From Azolla caroliniana (lineage: Eukaryota > Plantae > Polypodiophyta), in NCBI GenBank assembly GCA_043228905.1, contig JBHGNT010000010.1:14260001-14324000 (forward strand): a stretch of DNA of 64,000 bases, read 5' to 3'. Of this stretch, positions 25,390-39,800 are shown piece by piece. The notes under the pieces were generated by a model. It saw only the letters and a list, made by a program, of their open reading frames with translations, did not search any database and was not told the origin of the DNA. Made by a program: the position numbers and the translations under genes. How positions within the stretch are numbered: the stretch's first letter is position 1; each line of letters opens with the position of its first letter.

Positions 25390-25792
25390 TGCTCAGTTCC
25401 AATCAGGACGACTCCTTATGAACATTCATTTTGTTTTCTCTCAACAACCAATGGTACAATCCCTACTTATTTTAATCATTCCTTTTGTTACCTCTAAACC
25501 CCATGTGTGCCATTTGTTCTTAATTAACATCTGTTCAGTTCATGATGGGACTCTCCTTTGGTATGGACATTCTTTTTCTTTTTTCTCATAACAATCAATG
25601 GTACAATCTCTACTTGTTAATATTGCTTTTGCTACCTCTAAACCCCATGTGTGCCATTTGTTCTTGATTAACATCTGTTCAGTTCATGATGGGATCTCTC
25701 CTTTGCTATGGACATTCTTTTTCTTTTTTCTCATAACAATCAATGGTACAATCTCTACTTGTTAATATTGCTTTTGCTACCTCTAAACCCAT
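25390..25792. repeat. Tandem repeat, ~145-bp unit, ~2.8 copies
   Basis: CCTCTAAACCCC recurs at ~25491, ~25635 and ~25780, with TGGACATTC..CAATGGTACAATC at the same period. Confidence 0.85.
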
Positions 25793-26425
25793 CCCATATA
25801 TGTTTCATTGGTTGCTCTACACTAGTGGATCTAACTCAAAGCAAAGTTGTGCTTCAAGAAATCCATTATCCCACAATTTTGCAATTGTCATTATGTATCA
25901 AACTTTGCTGCACTCTTCCTCATGGCTAGTCATTCATCAACCTCAGAATTTTGGACGAAAAGACTAAAATCAGTTTAAGCTCAATCCTAAGTTTCCCTTA
26001 AAGGTCCATTAGGTGCTATAGCAAAAATACAAAGACAATAATGAAAATTAAAGAATAAGCAAAATGATTTTGATCAAACCTAGTATAAATTGATTCAAGC
26101 AAATAATTCTATGAAAGAACTCGGCTAACCTTTTTGTTTATTTCTATGAATGCCATTGATCAACCCTGAAAGAAAAAAAACTATACATGGTATTTTCAGA
26201 GTTTTTCTTTCCGAATATTCTGGATCCAACAAGATACATGGAGTGAAGTGCTTGAAAATTGAAGAATAGCCTTCAAAATATAACCAAGTTCGTATTTTTG
26301 GCTGATATTAAAAGCAATAAGATGAGCATTTTTCCCAGAACAATATGTATCTTTACTCACCTACCCAACCTTGAATGGCCTGCCAAAATTTAATCTGGAA
26401 TAGAGACATCTTGCCATTGTTAGCG

Positions 26426-29400
26426 TCTGAAAACATCAAGGTATACTTTTCTCAAATAAAGAGCTTAATGGCAATTAATATTAAATTTATAGTCCAATAA
26501 TTTATTGACTTCCTATATCTTCTATGATGAAAATTGGAGTGAACTTACCATGATGCCAACTGCCGAACTAAACTGATGACATAGTTCATTGTGTCATCAT
26601 TCTGGAAAAAGAAACAAATTAATCCTGTAAAAAAGAACAGAATCCAGCCTCTGGAATGTTTAGAATTTTTCCTTTACCATTAAAACAATATCAAAACTCT
26701 TCTTGTATTCCTCCAGCCAAGCATCCACATGGTCGTTTCTGCATAAGATTCCAACAGATGTTCGTGAAGATCTCAAAGACTGAATCAAACAAACTGCAAA
26801 TTGGATTTGGTTTTCTATCACTTACAGGAAACCGATTGAGATTCTATTCTCGTAGTCTAATCCATCTGACATTCCAAGGTCACCAATGTGATCACCTAGT
26901 AACAGGACATTTTTCCTGATTTTCAAATCAGACAAGTTAATGTCTTCCACAGCATCAGGCCCCGCATTACCAGATGCTTGATTTGATAATCCAAGGGCAT
27001 GCTCATTCTTGTTTAGGACATGTATTGTCTTGCCTATGAGAAAAAGATTAAATGCAAAGGATTAGGAAAATATTTTGCTTTTACAGTATATCAGGGGTTG
27101 AAGCTGTACAAAAGGCATTAATAATAGTAGATTATCCCTAAAGGGCCATCCACAGGCGTAACCCTGGCCCAAACGTAACATGATAAACTGTTCATGCAAC
27201 ATTATGCTCCAAACAGATAATTGCATCTTCTCTTCCGTTGGGTATCACAATGCGACATCATCTTGAGGCAAAATCCCTCATTCTTAACGAAAAATTGCTG
27301 CAAGATCTATATTAGGTTATAGCGCACGTTGCCCATTACATGCAATGGAATACATGCATAAACAACTCTAGGATATTGAGATGTACAACTAAAATGATGA
27401 TGCAACACAAGGTCTGGAAGTCCATAAAAATTTCATTAAGCAGTGTGAAACCCCGTTTCTTGAAGTGCTGCCAAGGTGGAGCGTGGTTGCATATTGCAAC
27501 ATCTAATACATGTTATCACTGGATCACGATCACAAATTTTTTTATTTGTGATTCTTTGGATGTGGTAAATGCTGCAGAGGACTATTTAATCTTGGGACTG
27601 CTTTCTGATGGAAGAATTTTGGTTCAGATGGCTGTGATTTATGGTTAATGCTATTTACCTTTATAGCCAGCCTATGAACTGCTCTGATTCACAGAAAGTC
27701 TGTTTTCTTTTAACTCTCTTGGTTCATGGAACGGGAAACAAATTTCCTAGAAAGGACAAAAGATTTATCATCAACCAAATGTAGACTAGTAGGTATTGCA
27801 AACTCTCAGTAATAAAGTTTGAATGGATGCATTTTTCACGCAGTAAAAGATAGGGCAAAATATGACCTGTGCAGGAGTCAGCCGAGATTGAGTAGACCCA
27901 TGGCCATGATGATGTCATTTCTCCTGGCAGATATCTAATTGATTAACTGCAATCTGTTTGCTATCATTATTTATGTTGTCATATGAGGCATTGCCATTTG
28001 ATTTGAATATGCAATTGCTTTTGGGTTTTGAGTATAATAAACAGCATTGTACGCTTAAACAGCTTATTATACCTAAGTCTCAAAGTGTAAAACGATCAAT
28101 ATTTACAAAAAATACATGCATCCAGCCCCATTGTATTTCACACAGACAAAGGTTTGTTGATAAACATGCATAAACCGAAAGTGACAGTGTTTAACACCAC
28201 TCAAGCATAGGTCATAAGATTAGAACCAGATTTTTTCTTGGGAGGGGAAAAGGAGCTATGGGTGGTCCTATCCAGTCACAAGGCATAGGCCATACACGAG
28301 GCCAATCTCCAACCTTCCCAACGCAAGTCCTAACAATTCCATTGACTATGGGACCGAGCCATCATTTTGGTAATAAGATAAAAACCAGAATTTTTCTTGG
28401 GGGAGGAAAAAAAGCTATGTGTGGTCTTATCTGCTCAAAAGGCATAAGGCAATAGTTGAGGCCAATCTCCAACCTTCCAAGCGTAAGCCCTAACAATTGC
28501 TTGACTATGGTACTGTGCCCTCGTTTTATCTTCCCATTAGCCTTCAGGTTATATGCAGTTGTGACAGAAATCTTAACTCCCAGACAATCAAAAAGTTCCC
28601 TAGCCTCATCGGCATTCAATTCCCCTTTGTCTGCTACTATCTTCCCCAGACACCTATATTGGCACATAACATCTTCTAAAAGAAACTTGTATACCACCAC
28701 TATGGTTTTAATTCTTAAGGCCCTTCCCTCTACCAGATTTGTGAGACTCTCCCATGTAAGTACTAGGTATTTCATGTGACAAACTCCCATCAGCATAACT
28801 ATCCATTTGAAATGCACCGCCAAAGGGTAAGTTGGGTGTAACTCTTCTCTATGTCATACATTGGAGTGCATTTTGCAGTTTTTGTATGTCTCAACAAAGT
28901 GTGTAACATCTTTATACATTCCCGGGCACCAGTACCTCCATTTTAATACTGAGAAAGTCACCGAAATTCCTCTATGTACTGCCCAGGAACTTTCATGATA
29001 CTCAAATACCAGAATCTCTAGGGTGCTTCCAAAGGTGTCCTCACAAGAAATATATGTATGCCTTCTTTCGAATCTTTTGAGCATCCTCGTTTGTCCACAA
29101 TAAATACAATGTTAGTGTAGTCAAGAACCAGCCTATGAGCAACCAGTCTCCTGTATATTCATCTACCTCAAATGTCGAAGATGTTACTCCATTATCTCTC
29201 TCACCAGTCGCTGGGGTCGTCTTAAAGAAGAATGTGTCCAAGAATGTGGAATCCATCGACTCCTCGATCTCTCCATCGTGCCCAAGAATGTGGAATCCAA
29301 ATGTGGTGGAATGTACATGCCCCCAAGAATCTTCATACTTCTGTCTGCGTTTTGCATTCCTCTTTCATTTCTTGGATGGCATCTACCTTCCTTGGTGATG

Positions 29401-32400
29401 GCTTTCGGCCATATGGCCCACAACAATGCCCGACCACTACTATTTCCCATTGCCCAAATGTTGATTTATCTCCAGTGAATGTTAAGCCTGCACTGTCTAA
29501 TCTCTGTAATACTCTCTCTCAATCTTTGATCTGGTTAGTGCCTAGACATCCTGTCCACGGGTCTCATCCATCTCTGAATCCAGACAACCTTTTATAGGAA
29601 TATCATCATGGAAAGGCCTCGTGATGTCCGAAATGCAGTCTCTTTGAATTTTGTTCATCGCATTCATGATATCAGCCACTGAGTTAGTTGCTCGTGCGGT
29701 AATGTACACATCCTTACTAACCCAATGGGAGTCCACATTGTGCCGATATCTAGGCGATCTAAGGCCAATTGGAATTGGTCATACCCTGAATAGAGATCTC
29801 CAGTTGAGTAAATCAAGCTTCTTGCAAAGGCTTCGGCAAATTCATCGACACTTGGACAGATCCCAACATTATGGATGGTAACTGTAAAGAATCTAACTCT
29901 AGTATAGTTGAGTATTCAGAAGCATAGTGTGTGTGAGAGAGAGTGAGTGTATAAGCAAGAGAAGGATTAGAGAGAATAACCAGAAAATAAGAAGACATAG
30001 TAGGGGGAAGACAACTTATGCACTTAAGAGAGCTATATTAATTAACTAAAGATCATCAACTAAACTAAATGGCCAAAGGGGGTTTTACATACAAGTCCTC
30101 AAGGGACTGCCCTATTAAATGTGTTGGTGGAATCTAACCAAGATATCCACTTGAGTACGATTTTGTCATAAGAATATCTAATATTCTTTGACCACACTAA
30201 CACTCAACTACACGGATTACAATAAAGTGTGCTCACACACTTTTTCACACATCGTCATTTTCTTCATAAGCACATGTTCACAGAAGTTGATCTTGATTCT
30301 CAACAGTAACTTTATTTACTAGTTGGAGGTCTTGGATGAACCATAGTGTCCCATTCTTCAGAACTGTAAACCATCTATTTGAATATGGTGTATTGGAGGC
30401 TTGAGAATTCCCATGTTCACTTTTTCTTTCAGAAGTTCTATTAGCTTCGAGATATGTGCCCTCGGAACAGGGACTGATTTTAAATTTCAGGGCACAGGAG
30501 GTACTGTGAATATGACTATCAGTTCAACAAGGTTAGGATCAACACATCCTATTTCTTCTGGGAAGAAAGCAAAAGCTTTTCCATGTCATTCAAGAATTTC
30601 TCGAAATCTTGACTCCTCTTTGAGAAGTAGGAACTCACCCCCACCAACTCTGACCTTCCCTCACGTTTTGTTAGTGAAGATGTGACCTATTCCTCTCGGA
30701 CCTCTGAGATAGGGATCCAACGCTACTTCTTTCATCCTCTGCTAACTATCTTTGGGCAAAGGAGTAGCCACAAGCTCCACTGTTTTGTGTTTAATTCAAC
30801 CTCATCTGCCACAACACTTTGCTCGTATCGTCAATAGCGGTGTATAAACCGACAAAGTTGACCAGAATTATCTTGATCCCAAGAAGGTTTGATTCGATGA
30901 CACACTCCATTTCCCCAAGAGTGTCGTCGAACGAAACCTCTCCATACACATATCTCTAAGCTACATTTATTTTCCCAAAACCTCTGTAGAAATGCCTTTA
31001 CCAGCTTTAGTATACATAGAAGGCTCCTAGAAGTACACTTGGTGGCATTGTCATATATACTAGGCAATATTATATTGAGCAAACTGGGGAGTTGATGCAC
31101 GATTACATGGAGGAAAATTGGTTATATACTATGCTCTATTTATATTCTCATAGATTCATTAACCCATTTGTCATGATAGTACAATGAGTTAAAAAGGATA
31201 GTATCCATTGTATTGAAGAAAAAGGGTACATTCCCTTACGCTTAGGGTGAACTTTCACACACATTCTCTAAGAACTATGTGCACATAAAGTGTTATTGTG
31301 CTAGACTTCTATGCACGCCCTCTGAAGGTAAATTATGCTATATAGTTATTCGTATGACAAGCTTGGATTTCTTGCACACTTCTCCAAGCTCAACTATGCC
31401 ATATAGTTAATAGTATCCCTAGCTTGGGTTTCTTGCAATTCCCTTCAAGATTGACCAATCAAGCGGATAATCAATGTAGATATCTTGTCCCAACTTGTCT
31501 ACTCCAGATCTCTCAATAAATATTTTTGTTGTTTGATGATCAATGCGGATATCTTGGAGATCCATGTCTCTAGCTACAATCTGCTTGCGGATATAGTGAT
31601 AGAGCACCTCAATGTGCTTTGTTCATGCATAAAATACTGGATTTTACGCCAATTGTAAATTGTTGAGATTGTCACAAAGGATTCACTTTGGGTCATTGAT
31701 TTATCCTTGATATAATTCAGGACCCACTTCAGACACACAGCTTCATATGCAACAACTACAAAGCCCCTAAATTCTCTCTGTGCTACGCATGAACACAATA
31801 TGTTGTGTCTTGTAACTTTAGGATATGCCACAGTTTCCCATCGAAAATGTTGTATTTTCTTTGTGGCGTAGGGGTTACCAGCAACACATCAATTTCAAGT
31901 TCTCCCTCCACATGGGGCCAATTGGAAATATCAGGGGATACCTCAAACAAAAATGTTGAGGAGGAAACCTCAAACAAAAATGAGATATGATAAGGAGGAA
32001 ACCTCAAACAAAAATGTTGAGGATGAGGAAAATCTATAGGGCACATGGTTCATAAGATAAAACGCCAAATTCAATACATGAGCACATACATCAAAATGTT
32101 GTCAAAGCAAGTGGATAGAGGAATGAACAAGAAAAGGCTGGAAGCAAGTGTAGCAAACATCAAAGTGTCAGAGAAGCATAGACATTAAAAGATCACGATG
32201 GGTGGGAAATTTTACAAGGCCAGCATGGCCTGGAAACAAGTTTGTCGCTGAAAGAAAGAAAGAAAGAAAGAAGAAAGAAAGATATATTAGCGTCTTTTAA
32301 GAGGCCAAAATGGCCTATAAGACCAAACAAGAGATTACATCTTAAGTCTTGTCTCGTCTTTGAGAACAAATCAAAATAAAATAAATATTACATAGTAAAT

Positions 32401-35400
32401 ATAAAAGTAAATAAGGGGAAAAGAAAAGAAACGAGGGAATCTGGTTTTTGGCACATGTGAGTGTCTCAAGTTAGATATATTGTAGCTTTTGTCTTCGAAA
32501 GTTCTCTAGCATAGGTCGATCCAAAATGGAAATGTCTCCAAAGCGAGGGAAGCACCTACGATGGCAGGAGATAATGGCTTTTATCTATCGATGACAAGGG
32601 TGTCGAGGTTGTGGTCAATGGGGCCAAGGCCTACGTGCACGGCAAATTACCATTGCCCGATCAATTGTAACCCCTTTGTTATGTCCTGGTTTGGAGCCCA
32701 TTTGTGTATCCCGTGATAGACTTGTAGCACTAGGAGTGATGGGGCTAAAGAAAGTTGTGATTATTCTTTGTGGATGAGCTTGTGTGGCTGTATTCAACAA
32801 TTTTTCCCAATGTCTCTTGAGCTCTAGCAAGAAAAGTTCTAGGCATCGTTTGTCCTCATATTCCATTACCTTGCGTAGCGGCCAAAGCCTTGTTTAAAGA
32901 GGCAATGGTATCTCCCTCTGATTTCATGAAAGACACTACAATGACAAACATAGTGTTCTTCAGATTCCACTCCTTGATGACACAATTGGCAAATTCTCTC
33001 TTCTAGAGGTAGTCGTGTATATCTACCTACCTCAATCAGTAATTGATGTGATGAAGTTTGCAGATGCCCTATCACACTATGCAGCGCATAGGATAGATGT
33101 ATGTCCATATAAGGTGGCCTGATGATGAATCCATCCTCCGATGTGTGTAAGAATTGTGTCTTATAGTGGGCCATCTTTGTACCAAGTGGTATTTTGGGGC
33201 TGATCCATGTTATCTTGTTTTCCATGTTAATAATATCAGTTCAGATCACTCTATTCTTTTCCAATTTGGTCATATTTAGATGGGGACAGTCCAAGCTATA
33301 TCGGAACGGGGGTAATGCATTTATACTCATGCCATGTGACAAAGATGTTCAGAGCAACTGATGTGATATAAAAAGTCATGAAACTTTGCATAGGTGGGAC
33401 CGAAACCATAATGATAGGGAAAGTCATGAGACTCTACAGTGGGTTACAAGGGAGGCGTACAGAACCCTAGTGAGGAAAACTGTGACACAATATATTCAAG
33501 TGTTGAGCTTGAAAAGATAATGATGAGGAAGTCAGATGGGAATGTTGGATGAAGCTTGAAACACTAAAGGAGCGGAGTCCAGACTGGTTTGTAGTAACGA
33601 AATGCTGCAAGAGGGCAGAGGAAGATAAATCCAGAAACGCCTGAATGAAATATTAACAGGGGTGAAAAATCAAGCCCTGGGGAAAAAAAAGATTCTTCAA
33701 TCAAACAACTGTGGTCAATGAGGTATTACAATTTATCTCCTAGGAAATTATCAGGAAATGTATAGAAGCATGAGAAAACGGATGTTGAAAAGGTATCACT
33801 TTGCATTTTTTTTAAAAATGTGCTATATTAGGTACCTATAAAGCCTTGCAAATCGCCATTCGCATTGAACTCCATTCTATTAGAAACAATCCTAACGTTC
33901 GTATATTTGCAACGGAGCTTTTGATTCATCACCTATAAACCAGACACAATGTGTTTCAGAACCAGGGTTCAATGTGTAAACCAGATAAAATTTGTTTGAA
34001 CCAGACTTTTTCATCTTTACAGCTTATGCTTACCTCTTCAATAATATTAGAGATCCCAGCAGAAAATATCAAGACAGGAACAGCATTCTCCTACATAATT
34101 TGAATTTTGTAGAAAATATGAGCATATTTCTCAAACAACATTAGTAAAGGATATTCTCACCTAGCATAGGGAATATAAAATAGAATAATGAAATTTACTG
34201 CAGATCACTAGATTTATCCATTTCTCGAGCTATTGAATTTAAAAAAGTATAGAAAGAATGAAAGATATACTAACTTCTCTTAAGAGGCCAAAATGACTTA
34301 TAAAACCAAACAAGAGATTATGTCTTAAAATATTATCACAACTTTGAAAACGAAAAATCAAAATAAATATAATTAAATTAGTGGAACTACCTAAGTACCA
34401 GAGAATCTTGTTAAGGACTTAAAATTTTGAATTTAGATGAACTGAGACTTCTGCCTTTGAAAGATCTTCAACATGGGTCAATCCAAGATGGACAAGTCCT
34501 GAACTGCCCTATCACACTATGGAGTCCTTGAGATAGATGGACTTCCATATAAGAAGTCATGAAAGAAAAATCCATCCTGCAACAAGTGTAAAAAGAGGGC
34601 CTTATGGGTCACAGCCTAACCAAGAGTCAACCTGGAGCCACGTAAATGAGAATGGGCTATTTTCTTACCAATTTAATGATGTCATTTTGGCTCAATCAAT
34701 TCACTTCCTCTATGTTCAATCCAAAAATATTGCAACAAAGGTAGTGCATTTATATTTATGCAATGTGAACAAGGGTATTTTCTATTGCATAGAGACGAGT
34801 TGGTGTTACAAGTGTCTAAAACTATAATTATTGTATTATAAGGTATACGTCTTAAAACCCCATTTCAAGTTAAAATAGTTAAAAGGCTCTCACAAGCAAT
34901 TCCTCACCTATCTTTCCTTATATAAGCGATAAATCTGTTCTATGGTGGCAACCGCAAAATTAATGTCTCCCTTTTACATTTTCTCTACACATTTCTCTAT
35001 ATTTTAATTGTTTTTTCTCCACTCAACTACTTTAACACACTATGAACCTTGTCGCGAAAATAATGTACAGGTGTGTGTCAACGCTGAGTGGGATCACCAA
35101 GGACTTGAACCAAGGAAGATGATGTTCTTCAAGAAGGGTTGAGGAAGAAATTCCACTTGATACATTTTCAAACAATTAGATTTTCTCTATTCCTCAGAAT
35201 GCCGAATGTATGTGGGTGATACCCCTTTCTGAAATGTTAACTTGACTTTACACCAACTCCTCAGTTTAGTGCCTTTGTGTGAGGTGAGTTTAGTCGTTCT
35301 GTGTGAATAAGTAACAATGTAGCATGAAGACTGTGTAGCATGAAGATAAAAAGAGATGAGGAAAATTGGTTTTCGGCACATGTGCGATTCTCAAGTTATA

Positions 35401-36760
35401 TATATTCTAACTTTTGTCTTCGAAAGATCTCTAGCATAGGTCGGTCGAGAACAGAAAGGTCTCTGAATCAGGGGAAGCACCTGTGATGGCAGGAGATAAT
35501 GGCTTTTATCTGTCGATGACAAGGGTGTTGCGGTCGTGGTCCATGGGGCCGGGGCCTATGTGCATGGCAAATTGCTATTGCCCGATCAAATGTAACCCCT
35601 TTGTTATATCCTAGTTGGGCGCCCATTTTTGTATCACTTGATTGACTTGTAGCATTAGTAGGAGTGATGGGGCTAAAGAAAGTTGTGATTGTTCTTTGTG
35701 GATGAGCTTGTGTGGTTGTATTCTTCAACAACTTTTCCCGATGTCTCTTCAGCTCTAGCAAGAAAAATCCTAGACACGGTTGGTCCTCATATTCCATTAC
35801 CTTGCATAGTGGGCCAAAGCCTTGTTTAAAGAGGCAATGGTATCCCCCTCTAATTTTATAAAAGACACTACAATGACAAATATAGTGTTCTTCGGATTCC
35901 ACTCCTTGATGACACAATTGGCAAATTCTCTCTTCTAGAGGTAGTCGTGTATATCTGCCCACCTCAATCTGTAACTAATGTGATGAAGTTCGCAGCTGCC
36001 GTACCACACTACGCAGCACATAGGATAGATGTATGTCCATATAAGGTGGCCTTATGACAAATCCATCCTCCGATGCATGTAAGAAGTGTGTCTTATAGTG
36101 GGCCATCTTTGTACCAAGTGGTATTTTGGGGCTGATCCATGTTATCTTGTTTTCTAAGTTAATAATATCAGTTCGGATCACTCTATTCTTTTCCACTTTG
36201 GTCATATTGAGATGGGGACAGTCCAAGCTATATTGGAACGGGGGTAGTGCATTTATACTCATGCCATGTGACTCGAACCATTGCTGCATTTCAGCATACC
36301 AACAATGAGTGTCTCCATTTTCAGCCAGTTGTCTTGATGACATAAGTGCCAACCTTGGGTACCTTCGTTTAGGGAGCTCCCAAAGACGTTGGATAAATGT
36401 CACTGATCGGAACAATGCCTCGGTTATTATAGGTGCTGCTCCCATCTCTGTCCGGATTATATCGTGGGGCACCGAGGCTTTGCTCCTTATCATGCGAGCA
36501 ATCATTGACACTAAAGGTCTCTCTAAATCTTTCCAATGACTTGCCTTGTTAAGACTCAGTCCCCATGTCTCTACTCCATAGAGAAGAGTTGGTGTGACAA
36601 GTGTATCAAATAACCATAGCTTAGTCCGTGGCTCTTGGAACTGCAAATGTGCACATTGTCTTTCGAGAGCACCAAGGGCTGCATATCCACGAGAAAGTCA
36701 GGCACAAGCGGCCTCCTGTAAGGAGAACCTAGGTCCTGTAAATGTCACTCCTAGGTATGT

Positions 36761-36804
<44 letters not shown>

Positions 36805-39800
36805 ATGTCTTTTAAGATGACAAAATGGCCTATAAGACCAAACAAGGGATTACATCTGACGTGCAGTCTCGTCTTTAAGAACAACAAATGAAAATAAAAT
36901 AAATATTACCAAGTAAATATAAAATCAAATAAGATAAAAATAGACTAAAGAATCTTGTTTTCGGCACATGTAAGATTCTAAAAAAAGATATATTGTAACT
37001 TTTTTCTTCGAAAGATCTCTAGCATAAGTTGATCCAAAATGGAGAGGTCTCCGAAGCAAGGGAAGCACTTGCAATGGTGGGAGATAATGGCCATTCTCTA
37101 CCAATGACAAGGGTGGTGAGATCGTGGTCCACTAGGACACGTCCTACGTGCATGACAATTTGCTATTTTATGTATCTTAAATAACTCGTACGTGTATGTG
37201 TGTTCACTTCTATAATAAATATATATAAGGTAGAGGGCTTTTATTTTGCAGAACTGTTTCTGTTTCCTTTAATCCCTCTTATGTATTACACCCCATGATC
37301 ATTTTTAGTGTCTATATCTCTGCCTTTAGATCGAGCAATTGCAATTTGTCGTGCACATAGGTCCCAGCAACATGGACTACAACCTTACCAATCCCTTGCT
37401 CGTCCATAAAAAGTGGCCACCAATAGAGGAAGCTTCTCAAAATCAGTCATCTTCCCTATTGACAATGCATGATGTTCGAAGGCGACCAAGAAAGCTCCCG
37501 CATCTTGGACCCCATCACCTACAAAAGCAAATTGAAAAGCCATATTGGCTAAACGCAAGCCCTTCCAAATGATACAGACATAATCTACCCTCCCTGGAGC
37601 CCAAAATGATGAAGAGAGATAGAGAAATGGCCTATAAGACCAAACAAGAGATTACATCTTTAAGTGTTGTCTTGTCTTTGAGAACAACAAATCAAAATAA
37701 AATAAATATTCTTCAGTAAATATAATAGTAAATAAAATAAAAAGAGATGAGGGAATCTGGTTTTTGGCACATGTGAGATTCTCAAGTTAGATATATTATA
37801 ACATGGAATGATGCACCTGATTCCACAATCCAAGTTTATGAAAAAGCATCATTTAGTGTAAGCAAGGCATCAATTATGTCGCTCTTTGTAATCTGCATAT
37901 CCTGTGCATGAATAAAACCAGAAGCATCATTCAGCATGACCTGCTGCCATAGTAGCACAAAGAATATCTTATGCATCTGATGTCTCCTCAAAGTTGACAC
38001 TAGAGGCCACATTGGCCTTCTCGTTGTCCTTATCCTTTAAGCTGTTATGTGCTTCATTCACGCTGTCTGTTTTCTTGTTGTCACTTATGTTCTTCTTTCT
38101 TTCTAATTCAGCTTTGTAATATCTGCAATCAAGCTTTTTATGCCCTTTACGGCCACACTGAAAACAAGTGATTTCTTTCCCCCTGCTTTTGTTTCTAGAC
38201 CTTTGCATTGACACATTCTTTGTTGCAGCTCTCCCTCTTGTTATGTTGGCAGAACTAGAAGACTCCCCACTTGCTTTTCGACGAATTTCTTCATTGAGGA
38301 TTGCTCCTCTAACTCTATCAAATGTAAGGCTTGCGCTATTTAAGAGTGAGACAACAAGCACCCACCATGTTTCAGGCAACGTCATGAGTAAGAAGATTTG
38401 CAATCCTACATCTTGAAGTTGATTGAGTAGACCATTGAATGTGGAAATGTGATCAACTACAAACTTGGCATCAACTATGCAACGATGAGCCTTGTCATCG
38501 GGTGAACTGGATTCACTGCAATCGTTGACTCATACATAGTCTTCAACCTCATGACCACTAGTCAACCCCTTGATATTTCTTGGCATTATGAGAGGTTTTG
38601 GACCAATTCTTATTGATAAGTAATTTTTAGGTCATTTGGGCATGTTCACACATGGTCAATGACCAAAAGTTATAAAGATAATGTAAATGCCTATAATCCC
38701 CCAAATTGGGGCCAAAAAATATAGTAAATATGTGTCTAGATGACATGGTTTGGGCCATCTACGCACTATATGAACAAGTGTCCAAGTGTGTTCGATGCCC
38801 AGGTGGCATATCCGATAGTTTCACTAGCACTATTGATGTAAAACAAGGTTGCCCCTTATCTCCGACTCTTTTTGGGATCTACATTGATGAGATCACAGAT
38901 TTTATTGCTCGTAAGGGAGGCAATGGAGTAGTCCTTGGGGATACGTAGGTGCGTATCTTGCTCTATGCAGACGACATAGTTTTGCTCTCTGAATCCGAAC
39001 ACGACCTACAAAGGCACTTTAATGCCTTAGATGACTTTTGCACACAACGAGGATTGGTAGTGAATCTAGGGAAAACTAAAGTCCTTATCTTCCACACGTC
39101 GGCCCAAGTTAGAGCTAAGTGTCAACTAACTATCTCCCATAGCCCAGTTGAGGTGGTTGGATCATATGTCTATCTCGGAGTCACTTTCAATGCCGGCTCA
39201 GGTAAATTTTCGATGACACAAGCAGCGAAGGATAGACTTACAAGAGGACATGCATCCCTCTCACTCCTCGAGAGACAATGCCACCAAGCATACTTCCAAG
39301 AGCCACGAACTAAAGGGTGGCTCTTTGACTCAGTGACTCCCTCTCTCATCTATGCATCAGCGGTTTGGGCTCCAGGACTACCATCTTTCATGTGGACGCA
39401 ATTAGAGAGACCATTGGTGATGATGTTATCACGCCAACTCCGAAGCAAATCGTCGGTCCCATATGACATTATTAGGGTTGAGTTCACTCTACCCCCTATG
39501 TTAGTAGAAGCACTTTTTCAACTTGTAGTCTTTATCCACAGGATACATAACCAACCACTTGATAGAATATCCCATCAAGCCTTTAAGGCTTCTCGAGCAC
39601 TGTATGAGTCCGGCTATACTAGCTCATGGTATGGCATGATGGTGAGTTGGCTTCTTGCCAACGGTCTAGACATTAATAACCTCCCCCCCCTTAAGTACGA
39701 CCACACAACTAATAACACTTTAATCTCTCATGAGGACCGTAATAAAGTAATACGCCAAGAAATATGGCAAATTTATACTCGATATAAATGGATCACCCAA

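Noticed and set aside
25390-25792. CRISPR-like or RNA-gene array (also 47278-47690 and 41150-41540)
   Set aside because: Plain tandem duplications with no repeat-spacer structure, in eukaryotic context with no cas genes. No recognisable tRNA or snoRNA boxes.
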